Of a stretch of 64,000 nt of DNA, positions 55,627 to 64,000 are shown in pieces. Numbering within the stretch: the stretch's first letter is position 1; every line of letters starts with the position of its first letter. Under the pieces are notes generated by a model. That model was not told where the DNA came from. It searched no databases and saw nothing but the letters and a program-made list of their open reading frames with translations. Origin of the DNA: an uncultured Alphaproteobacteria bacterium (lineage in GTDB: Bacteria > Pseudomonadota > Alphaproteobacteria > CACIAM-22H2); assembly GCA_963748455.1 (NCBI GenBank), contig CAVVJD010000021.1, positions 398,906-462,905 of the forward strand, written 5' to 3'. A program made the translations under genes and the position numbers.

Positions 55627-57320
55627 TCAAGCCACCCACTCGCTGACCGGCGCCTTGGCGTCTTGCAGCGGCTGCGTGATGACATCGACCAGCGTCGGCC
55701 CGCCATGCTCGACGGCGGCGGCGAGCGTCTTGCGCAGCTCGGCGGGGTCGGTGACGGTCCAGGATTTGACGCCGAACGCGGCGGCGACTTTCGCGTGGTC
55801 GGTGCGGTTGAAATCGACGGAGTAGTAGCGGGCGCCAAAGCCGGTCTTCTGGCCGGCCTTGATCCAGCCATAGACCGAATTCGAAATGACGATCATGGTC
55901 ATCGGCACTTTCAGGCGCACGATGGTTTCCATCTCGCCCGCGGTGAAGCCGAAGCTGCCATCGCCCATCACGGCGACGATCTTGGCGTTGGGCCGGCCGA
56001 ACGCCGCACCGACCGCGGCCGACATCGAGTAGCCCAACGCGCCGTGCGCGCGGTTGGAGATGAAGTGGCGGCCGGGCTTGCGGAATTCGTAGAAGGCCGA
56101 GAAATACGGGCACGGCGTGCCGGGGTCGCAGACGACAACGGCGTCGTCGGGCAGGACCGCCTGCAGCTCCGCCACCACGCGCTCGGGCTTGATCGGCGAG
56201 TCGTTCGAGGTTGCGAGCGCGCTGAACGCATCGAATTTCTTTTTCTTGGCGCGCGCCACGGCGGCTTCGTCGAGATCGTGGCCGTTCTTCTTCGCACCGG
56301 CTTTCGCGAGCGCGGCGCGGATGCCAGCCAGGGCCAGCTTGGCATCGCCGACCAGCGCCACTTTCGGCTTATAGGTGGCGCCGATGACGCCGGGATCGGC
56401 ATCGATATGCACGACCGGCGTCTGGCCCGGCAGCGGGTGGCGCCAACGTTCCGTCGTCACCGAACCGGCGCGGCAGCCGATGAAGATGACGAGATCGGCC
56501 ATGTCGACGATCTCGCGCGTCGGCACGGTGCCGCCATTGCTGCCGACGACGCCGACGGCAAGCGGATGGTTCTCGGCAATGCTGCCCTGGCCGCTGATCG
56601 TGGTGGCGACGGGGGCTCCGATCATCTCCGCGAGCGCCAGCAATTCCGCCTCGGCGCGCGCGATCACGACACCGCCGCCGCAGATAAAGAGCGGGTTGCG
56701 TGCGCTCTTGATCGCCGCGGCTGCAGCGGTGACAGCCTCAGGATCGGGACCGCTGCGGCGCGCCGGATATTCGCCGAGCAATTCATCGGCCCAGATCTCG
56801 CTCTCGTCGACCGGATCCTTCTGCACGTCGAAGGGCAGTCCGAGATGCACCGCACCCGGCTTGCCGCTGGTCATGTGCGTGAAGGCGGCGCGCAGCGTCT
56901 TGGGGATATCGACCGAACGATCGATCACCGTGTTCCACTTGGTGAGCGGGCGGAACAGCGCCTTCTGGTCGAGCTCGGTGAGCGTGTAGCGGCCGCGCGA
57001 GGAAACGGAGATGTCCGTCGTCACGGCGAGGATCGGGATCGAGGATTCATTGGCCTCGACGACGCCCGGCAGAATATAGGTGGCGCCGCCGCCGCTGGGG
57101 CCTTCGCACACGCCGACCTTGCCGGTGACGCGGGCATAGGCATCGGCCATGTAGGCGGCCGAGCGCTCGTCGCGCGTGAGGATATGCGTCATGCCGTGAT
57201 CGAGGCGATAGAGCGCGTCGTAGAGCGGCAGGCTGTGTCGCCGCACAGACCAAAGATGTATTTGACGCCATGCAGCTGCAGCATGCGCACGAAGGCTTCG
57301 GCCCCGGAAAACTAATTCAT
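55627..57320 (-). pseudogene. Thiamine-diphosphate-dependent enzyme (acetolactate-synthase-like), TAG at codon 3 and a -1 frameshift as read
   Basis: Minus strand: ATG AAT TAG TTT TCC GGG GCC GAA GCC TTC GTG CGC ATG CTG... = MN*FSGAEAFVRMLQLHGVKYIFGLCGDT, then one base missing near 57233 before SLPLYDALYRLDHGMTHILTRDERSAAYMADAYAR.... ThDP motif GDGSFGF...N. Confidence 0.75.
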
Positions 57321-57383
57321 CGCTGTGTTACCGTCTCCAAATTCAGGATTTGCGCCACCCTATCAGACCTCGAGCGGACCGGC

Positions 57384-58786
57384 CTAGGGGACGGCGTCCT
57401 CGGGCAATTTGCCGATGGCGCCGAGCGGCACGGGGCGCACGGGGACGCGTGTCGTCGGCAGGCCGATCTCCGCCAGGGTCTGGCCCGATCGCGCGGCGGC
57501 GAGATGCTGGATCGCCGGGGTGCAGGTGCGGCCCTGGCACAATCCCATGCCGGCGCGGGTGTTCATCTTGAGCGGGGCGAGCTTGGTGTAGCCGGCCGCC
57601 AGGGCCGCGTCGAGCTTGGCGCGCGTCACATCCTCGCAGCGGCAGATCATGGTGTCGGGCGTCGCCACGTCGAAAATTCCGGGTCGCGGGTTGGACCACG
57701 CCGCCATGGCATCGCGGAAGCGCTTGAGCCCGGCGAGCTCTTTGCGTGCCTGGGCGGCTTGCGCCGTCAGCGTGCCGGCTTTGCCGAAGCGCTGCGCAAT
57801 CTCGGCGGCGACGATCGTGCCTTCCTGGATTGCGGCGTCGACGCCGTTGATGCCGCCGCCGTCGCCGGCAACGAAGAGATTGGCGATGGTGGTTTCGAGC
57901 GACGCGGTGCGCTTGGCGTGCCAACCGCCGCGGCTTTCCTCGTAGACGTGCTCGCAGCCGGCAAGGCCGGTGAGCTCGACATTCGGGCGCACGCCGAAGC
58001 CCAACCCGAGGATGCCCGCCCGTATCGTGCGCCGGGGGCCGCCGCGCGGGCGCCATTGGTCATCGACGGACGCGATCTCCACCGATTCGATCGCGTCGGT
58101 ACCGTTGACCGCGACGACCATGCTCCGGCGCAGGAGCGGGATGCCGCGGCGCATCAACGCAAAATCGTACATCAGGCCCTTGGCGAGCAGGTTCGGCGCG
58201 GTCGCCATGCCGGCAACCTGCCCCGGCGTCGGCCAGGCGGCGGCATCGACCACCGCGGCCAGATCGACGCCGAGCGAGGCCATCTGCACCGCGACCAGAT
58301 GCAGCAGCGGCCCCGCCCCGGCCAGCACCAGCTTCCCAGACGGCACAACGCGCGACGATTTCACCAGCGCCTGCAACCCGCCCAGACCGTAGACGCCGGG
58401 CAACGTCCAACCAGGAACGGGTGCGACGACCTCCACCGCACCGGTCGCGAGCAGCAGCGCCTTGGGTTTGAGGGCAATGACATCGCCGGCGCCGGTGTTG
58501 ACCCAGAGCTGCAGGTCGCGATCGATGGCGACGATCTCGTGGCCCGGGCGATAGTCGATCGCGGTTCCGGCCTGCGCCAGGCGCGCGCGGAATTCGTCGC
58601 CGCGCGCATCGCGAAACGCCAAGGTGGCGGGCGCATCGGCGGGGCCGGTGCGCCAGACCTGGCCGCCGGCCTGGCGGTTGTCGTCGAGCAGGTGACGGCG
58701 AGGCCGGTTTGCGCCAGCGCGGTCGCGGCGGCGAGGCCGGCCGGCCCGGCGCCGACGATGACGATGTCGTGCGCGGGCGTCTTCAT
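57384..58786 (-). pseudogene. FAD/NAD(P)-binding oxidoreductase, HcnB / opine-oxidase subunit A-like, -1 frameshift as read
   Basis: MKTPAHDIVIVGAGPAGLAAATALAQTGLAVT, then a shift near 58691 (ccc read as cc), then LLDDNRQAGGQVWR...VLAGAGPLL...FVAGDGGGI...MICRCEDV...GMGLCQGRTC. Confidence 0.75.
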
Positions 58787-59074
58787 CGTACGAGCGCTGC
58801 ATTCAGTTCGACGCGCATGCCGGCGCGCACGGCCACGCGACAGGTGCGGGTGTGCGGCTCGCCGTCCACGGTGGCCGCGCATTGGAAGCACGTGCCCATC
58901 AGGCAATAAGGCCCGCGCGGTGTCGCCGGCGATGATCGAGCGGCCAAAGGCGAGCGTGCCGGACGCGAGCAAGGCCGCCGCCAGCATCTCGCCTTGCGGC
59001 AGACGCAGCGTTGTGCCGTCGACGATCACGTCGACCAGCGGCGCCACCGGCGCGGCACGGCGAAATCTCTCCAT
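58783..59074 (-). pseudogene. (2Fe-2S)-binding small subunit, HcnA / opine-oxidase-like, +1 frameshift as read
   Basis: MERFRRAAPVAPLVDVIVDGTTLRLPQGEMLAAALLASG... shifts near 58915 to ...GPYCLMGTCFQCAATVDGEPHTRTCRVAV...*. The TGA overlaps the downstream ATG (ATGA). Confidence 0.65.
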
Positions 59075-59157
59075 GGCCCCCTCAAGCCCCCACGATTGAC
59101 CTTACGATAGAACGTGGAGGATGCTGTCGGCCAGCCTCGTTGGCACGGAATTTCTGC

Positions 59158-60351
59158 ATGACGACTATTCGTAGCGATCTCGCCATCATCGGCGCCGGCA
59201 TCATCGGCGCCTCATGCGCCTATCAGGCCGTGAAACGTGGCCTCAAAGTGGCGCTGATCGATGCGCGCATGCCGACGCAAGGCACGTCGGGCTCATGCGA
59301 CGGCTACGTCTCGATCTCCTCCAAGAAGCCGGGCGTGGTCATGGCGATGGCGGCGGAGAGCAAGCGGCTCTATCCCGACGTGGTCAAGGATCTGCACGAC
59401 GATGTCGAGTACCGCACGTGCGGCGGCATGCTGCTGATCGAAGATCCGGCGACGATTCCCCTTCTGGAGGAGCGCGCCGCCGGCGTGCAATCCTACGGCT
59501 TCGACATGCCCTATCGCGACCGCGCGGGCATGCTCAAGCTCGAACCCAATCTGAGCCCGGCGCTGCATGGCTGCTTCCATTGCCCGGCGGAGGCGATCGT
59601 CAGCCCCTATCTGATGACGCTGGGCATGGTCGCGCGCGCGGCCGAGCGCGGCGCCACCACGCATTGGGGTACCAGCCCGACGCGCATCGAGACCGCCAAC
59701 GGGCGTATCACCGCGATCGAGACCAATGCGGGGCGCATCGTTGCCGAACAATATGTGTTTGCCGCCGGCGTGTGGAGCGAGGAGCTCGGCAAGATGGCGG
59801 GCCTCAGCATTCCGGTCATTCCGCGTCGCGGCGAGCTGGTGGTGACGACGCGGGCACCCGGCATCGCATCGCATTACTTGATGTCGGCGACATATCTGGT
59901 CGCCAAGGCCAATCCCGAGGCGGCGGAGGCGAGCAACGATCCGCTCGCCAAGATCGGGCACGGGTTCTGCCTGGAGATGAACGCGCTGGGCCAATGCATC
60001 ATCGGTTCGACACGCAGCTTCGTCGGCTACGACCGGCGCACAACGGCGGAGGGCGTGCGCGCCATCGTGGTCGAGGCGATCAAGCGCCTGCCGGCGCTGG
60101 CCAAGGTGCCGATGCTGCGCAGCTTCGCAGGCCTGCGGCCCTACGTGCCGGACAAGAAGCCGATCATCGGGCGCTCGTCGACGCTCAACAACGTGCTGGT
60201 GGCGACGGGGCATGAGGGCGACGGGATTTGTTTGTCGGTCATCACCGGCGATCTGATCGGCGATCTCGCCACGGGCAAGACGCCGCGCGTCGATATCGCG
60301 GAGCTGACGCCGGACCGGTTTCCCGCGCTGGCGGATGCGAAGGTCGCCTAG
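59158..60351 (+). CDS. FAD-dependent oxidoreductase (DAO family; HcnC / opine-oxidase subunit B-like)
   Basis: MTTIRSDLAIIGAGIIGASCAYQAVKRGLKVALID (GxGxxG)...ATGHEGDGI.... Divergent from the HcnA/HcnB-like pair. Confidence 0.8.
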   Translation: MTTIRSDLAIIGAGIIGASCAYQAVKRGLKVALIDARMPTQGTSGSCDGYVSISSKKPGVVMAMAAESKRLYPDVVKDLHDDVEYRTCGGMLLIEDPATIPLLEERAAGVQSYGFDMPYRDRAGMLKLEPNLSPALHGCFHCPAEAIVSPYLMTLGMVARAAERGATTHWGTSPTRIETANGRITAIETNAGRIVAEQYVFAAGVWSEELGKMAGLSIPVIPRRGELVVTTRAPGIASHYLMSATYLVAKANPEAAEASNDPLAKIGHGFCLEMNALGQCIIGSTRSFVGYDRRTTAEGVRAIVVEAIKRLPALAKVPMLRSFAGLRPYVPDKKPIIGRSSTLNNVLVATGHEGDGICLSVITGDLIGDLATGKTPRVDIAELTPDRFPALADAKVA

Positions 60352-60361
60352 ATCGCGCCCG

Positions 60362-60514
60362 CCCACCTCACCCTCCCCATCGCTACGCGATGGGTCCCCC
60401 TCCCTCTCCGCCCAATGGGCGGAGAGGGCCGTGAACGCAGTCTGGCTCCTTCTCCGCCCTTCAGGGCGGAGAAGGAAGGGGCCCGTCGCGAAGCGACGGG
60501 AAGGATGAGGTGGG
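60362..60514. repeat. Nested-palindrome intergenic mosaic element, copy 5 (palindromic dimer)
   Basis: CCCACCTCACCCTCCCCATCGCTACGCGATGGG...CCCTCTCCGCCCAATGGGCGGAGAGGG...CCTTCTCCGCCCTTCAGGGCGGAGAAGG...CCCGTCGCGAAGCGACGGGAAGGATGAGGTGGG. Confidence 0.85.
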
Positions 60515-60572
60515 ACCGCGCGGAATGATAAAATACGAGATATTTGAATCGCTTGACCCGTTCGGGTGCCTG

Positions 60573-60591
60573 TGTTTTAGATCGTTCTAAA
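60573..60591 (+). promoter_or_regulatory. Operator-like palindrome TTTAGATCGTTCTAAA upstream of the CoA-transferase operon (motif copy 1)
   Basis: TGTTTTAGATCGTTCT (60573-60588) recurs as an exact reverse complement at 63326-63341. It lies 17 nt downstream of a TTGACC hexamer (60553-58) and about 55 nt upstream of ATG 60643. Confidence 0.45.
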
Positions 60592-60642
60592 TCAAGGGCG
60601 TGATTACGCCTGAACGAATGCTTTCGAGGGAACGCGACGACG

Positions 60643-62251
60643 ATGGCAGCGCGTATTCTTGGCGTCGAGGCGGCGGTGGACCTCATTCCCGATGGGGCGT
60701 TCGTCGCCGTGAGCTGCTCGTCCGGGCTCAACGTTCCCGATTCAACCTTGAAAGCCATCGGCACGCGTTTCAGCGCCACGCAGCACCCGCGCGCCATCAC
60801 GCTCTTCTGCCCGATCTCCGCCGGGGATATGTGGGGCATCAAGGGCATGGATCATCTGGCGCAATATCCGGGGCTGATGAAGCGCATCGTCGCGGGCTCC
60901 TACCCCAGCGGGACTTCGTCGATGGCCCCGCCGGCGATCTGGGGGCTGATCAGCGCCAACACGATCGAGGCTTACAACATTCCCGAGCGGCGTGATGTTC
61001 GACATGCTGCGCGACGCCGCGGCGCGCCGGCCGGGCGTGCTGACGCGCATCGGGCTCGACACCTTCGTCGATCCGCGCCGCGACGGCTGCCGCATGAACA
61101 AGGCGGCGCGCGAGGACGTCGTGAAGCTGGTCGAGTTCGGCGGCGAGGAGTGGCTGCATTTCCAGCCGGTGACGCCGAACGTCGCCATCATCCGCGGCAC
61201 GACGGCGGACGAAGACGGCAATATCTCGATGGAGCAGGAGGGCGCGCCGCTGGGCGCGCTCGATATCGCGCTGGCGGCGCGCAATTGCGGCGGCCTGGTG
61301 ATGGCGCAGGTGAAGCGCCTGACCGCGCGCGGCTCGATCCCGACACAGCGCGTGGTGGTCCCCTCAACGCTGGTCGATATCGTCGTCGTCGATCCCGAGC
61401 AGATGCAGACGACGCAGACGAAATACGATCCCGCGATCAGCGGCGAGGTGCGCACGCCGATGACGGATTTCGGGCCGACCGACTGGGGCCCGGACAAGGT
61501 GATCGCGCGGCGCGCGGCGATGGAGCTGCGCAACGGCGATGTTTCGAATATCGGCTTCGGTATTTCGGCGCTGGTGCCGCGCATCCTGATCGAGGAAGGG
61601 CTGGACGGCGCGGTTACCTGGGCGATCGAGCAGGGTCCGGTCGGCGGCGTGCCGCTGGGCGGCTTTGCCTTTGGCTGTGCGGCCAACGCGCAAGCCTTCG
61701 TGCCTTCGCCGCAGCAATTCACCTATTTCCAGGGGGCGGGGTTCGATTGCTGCCTGCTCTCCTTCCTGCAGGTCGACGACAGCGGCAGCGTCAATGTCTC
61801 GAAACTCTCGGCGACGCCGCATGTGACGGCGGGTTGCGGCGGCTTCGTCGACATCACCTCGCATGCGCGCAAGATCGTGTTCAGCGGTTATTTCACCGCC
61901 GCCGGTCTCAAGCTCGAAGTGCGCGACGGCAAGCTGAAGATCTTGCAGGAAGGCCGCGTCGCGAAGTTCGTGCCGGAGGTCGAGCAGGTGTCGTTCAGCG
62001 GACGGCGCGGCCAGGCGCAGAAGCAGGATGTCACCTACGTGACCGAGCGCTGCGTCATCAAGCTCCGGCCCGAAGGGCTGACGGTCACCGAGATCGCGCC
62101 GGGCGTGGATCTGGAGCGCGACATCCTGGCGCAGAGCCGCGCCAAACTCCGTGTCGCCAACAATGTCGTCCCCATGGAGGCGCGCTTGTTCCAACCCGAT
62201 CCGGTCGGACTCACCCTGCCCGTCCGTCCGACAAGGGCGCTGGCCTCGTGA
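60643..62251 (+). pseudogene. Acyl-CoA:acetate/3-ketoacid CoA-transferase family enzyme, +1 frameshift as read
   Basis: MAARILGVEAAVDLIPDGAFVAVS...IEAYNIP, then a shift at ccc (about 60984), then SGVMFDMLRDAAARRPGVLTRIGLDTFVDPR...ISMEQEG... in ORF 60992..62251. Confidence 0.75.
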
Positions 62252-63282
62252 GCGGCGATAAATTCCGCGTCGGTTTGACGCGCGATTTCCTCAAGCCCGA
62301 CGGCACGCCGGCTTTCGATCAGGCGGCGTTTGCCGTGCTCAAATCCGATCCGCGCATCGCTTGCGAATACATCAAGGACGCGACCAACGAGGTCACCGCA
62401 GACCAGGCGGCGCAATATGATGCGATCGTCGTGCTTACGCCACGCGTCACGGCGGCGACGGTGGCGCGCGCCGACAAGCGCCTCAGCCTGATCGCGCGCT
62501 TCGGCGTGGGCTATGACAGCGTCGACGTGCCGGCACTGACCAAGGCGGGGGTGGCGCTCACGATCACGCCCGACGGCGTGCGCCGGCCGGTGGCGACGAT
62601 CATCCTCACCTTCGTGCTGGCCCTCGCGCACAATCTCATCATCAAGGACCGGCTGACCAAGCAAGGGCGCTGGGGCGAGCGCACCAATTACATGGGCACG
62701 GGCCTGACCGGCAAAGTGTTCGGCTCGATCGGCGTGGGCAATATCGGCCGCGAGGTGTTCAAGCTGCTCGCACCCTTGGAGATGCAGCACATCGCCTGCG
62801 ACCCCGTCGCCGACAAGGCGGAGATGGCCAAGGCCGGCATCACGCTGGTCGACATGGATACGCTGCTGCGCAGCGCCGATTTCGTCTCTGTCTCCTGCCC
62901 TCTGAGCGAAAAGACCCGCGGGCTGGTGGGAGCGCGCGAACTCAGGCTGATGAAAAAGACGGCATACCTCATCAACACGGCGCGCGGGCCTATCGTTGAC
63001 GAAAAAGCGCTGATCCAGGCGCTTGCCAACAAACAGATCGCCGGGGCGGCGCTCGATGTGTTCGAGATCGAGCCCACACCGGCCGACAACCCGATCCTTA
63101 AATTCGAGAACGTCATCACCACGCCGCACGCGCTGTGCTTCACGGATGAATGCTTCCGCCTGATTGCCGAGAGCGCCTTCCGCTCGACGCTGGCGGTGGC
63201 GCGTGGCGAGGCACCCGCCACCATCGTCGATCGTGCCGTGCTGCAGCATCCGGGGTTCAAGGCGCGGTTGAAAGGCGCTTAA
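62248..63282 (+). CDS. D-isomer-specific 2-hydroxyacid dehydrogenase family
   Basis: GTG 62248 overlaps the upstream TGA (GTGA). ...GKVFGSIGVGNIGREV (NAD motif)...YLINTARGPIVDE...AALDVFE.EP...TPH. Confidence 0.85.
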   Translation: MSGDKFRVGLTRDFLKPDGTPAFDQAAFAVLKSDPRIACEYIKDATNEVTADQAAQYDAIVVLTPRVTAATVARADKRLSLIARFGVGYDSVDVPALTKAGVALTITPDGVRRPVATIILTFVLALAHNLIIKDRLTKQGRWGERTNYMGTGLTGKVFGSIGVGNIGREVFKLLAPLEMQHIACDPVADKAEMAKAGITLVDMDTLLRSADFVSVSCPLSEKTRGLVGARELRLMKKTAYLINTARGPIVDEKALIQALANKQIAGAALDVFEIEPTPADNPILKFENVITTPHALCFTDECFRLIAESAFRSTLAVARGEAPATIVDRAVLQHPGFKARLKGA

Positions 63283-63325
63283 ACGTAGACATTTTCGGCC
63301 GGATTGAGCGATAGTGGAGCCAATC

Positions 63326-63341
63326 AGAACGATCTAAAACA
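63326..63341 (-). promoter_or_regulatory. Operator-like motif copy 2, upstream of dctP
   Basis: AGAACGATCTAAAACA is the reverse complement of TGTTTTAGATCGTTCT. It lies about 40 nt upstream of ATG 63378. Confidence 0.45.
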
Positions 63342-63377
63342 ACACGATCAATAAATCCTAACGGGAGGAACGACACC

Positions 63378-64000
63378 ATGAAGACAACACGTCGGACATT
63401 CACGGCGCTGGCGGGCGGCACGATTGCCGCGGCCGCCATTGGCGGCAAGGCCAGCGCCCAGGCCATCACGCTGCACGGCGCCTCGCAGTTCAACGACGAC
63501 CATGCCTTCACCAAGGCGATGGCGAGATTTGAGGAGCTGGTCAAGAAATACTACGCCAAGCCGATCAATTTCGTGCTGCACAAGAACAGCGAGCTGGGCC
63601 TCGAGAAGCAGTATTTCGAGTACATGGCCCAGGGGCGCGCGGTCGATTACGGCATCGTGTCGCCGGCGCACATGTCGACCTTCTCCAAGGCCGCGCCCTT
63701 CATCGATGCGCCGTTTCTTTTTCGCGACCTCGACCACTGGAACAAGGTGCTCGACGCCGACCTCCTGAAGCCGATCGCCGACGAGATCGCGACCAAGGCC
63801 GACGTGATGCTGATCGGCTACGCCGGCGGCGGCACGCGCAACATCTTCGCGAACAAGGTTGTGCGCAACATGGCGGAGATGAAGGATCTCAAGGTCCGCG
63901 TCCAGGGCGCGCCGATCTGGAGCCGCACCTTCCAGGCGGCCGGCATGGCGCCGACCGTGATCGCCTATAACGAAGTCTACAACGCCATCCAGAACGGCGT
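63378..64000 (+). CDS. TRAP transporter substrate-binding protein (DctP family), 3' end outside window
   Basis: Not in the ORF track because no stop lies in the window. GGGAGGA SD at 63363-69. MKTTRRTFTALAGGTIAAAAIGGKASAQAITLHGASQFNDDHAFTKAM...LGLEKQYFEYMAQG...KVRVQGAPIW.... Confidence 0.8.
   Translation, partial: MKTTRRTFTALAGGTIAAAAIGGKASAQAITLHGASQFNDDHAFTKAMARFEELVKKYYAKPINFVLHKNSELGLEKQYFEYMAQGRAVDYGIVSPAHMSTFSKAAPFIDAPFLFRDLDHWNKVLDADLLKPIADEIATKADVMLIGYAGGGTRNIFANKVVRNMAEMKDLKVRVQGAPIWSRTFQAAGMAPTVIAYNEVYNAIQNG

Noticed and set aside
60643-63282. 879-codon ORF suggesting a CoA-transferase / 2-hydroxyacid dehydrogenase fusion.
   Set aside because: After the +1 shift at about 60984 the real CoA-transferase continues in ORF 60992..62251 and stops at TGA 62249-51. 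The dehydrogenase starts at GTG 62248 (GTGA overlap). The middle 420 codons of the long ORF are out-of-frame filler.

Overview
High-GC alphaproteobacterial-type chromosomal segment, almost entirely core or housekeeping. Left to right:
- ubiD, pmbA, a lipid-kinase / LpxH-like / GT4 trio, and a dmeR-dmeF-like metal efflux pair.
- The lipid A-Kdo block msbA-DUF374-waaA-lpxK-lpxL.
- M23 peptidase-xseA divergent from purD, then tadA and a pseudouridine synthase-rsmD pair.
- A proline-racemase-family dehydratase.
- A 12.5 kb co-directional minus-strand block: small ORF-ileS-lspA-lspA-DUF3035-M16-M16-pgi-mutL-methyltransferase.
- ppa, mtgA, ribF, a convergent Crp / CHASE2-cyclase pair, sorAB, and a large soluble PAS/GAF histidine kinase.
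- From about 51.7 kb, an uncharacterised catabolic gene set: NadX-like, PrpD-like, SDR, ThDP enzyme, HcnABC/opine-oxidase-like trio, CoA-transferase, 2-hydroxyacid dehydrogenase, TRAP DctP.

I saw no rRNA, tRNA, CRISPR, transposase or phage genes, and no convincing novel multi-gene (e.g. defence) system.

What stands out at sequence level:
1. At least 35 single-base indels, mostly +1 and often extending a short homopolymer, plus two in-frame TAG codons. Together they break about 16 of about 58 genes, including mutL, lpxK and pgi. The CHASE2 cyclase is shattered.
2. The mutL start lies in a forward-inverted-forward micro-repeat that creates a 39-codon uORF linked by ATGA overlaps to pgi and mutL. 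The second copy of the start is synonymously recoded.
3. A DUF559 endonuclease gene is bracketed by 42-bp inverted repeats inside the catabolic cluster.
4. A 16-nt operator-like motif is shared by two promoters of that cluster.
5. Tandem diverged lspA paralogs.
6. Five copies of a 150-180 bp nested-palindrome intergenic element, plus two smaller repeat families.

All protein calls rest on my recognition of motifs in the supplied ORF translations; no searches were run.
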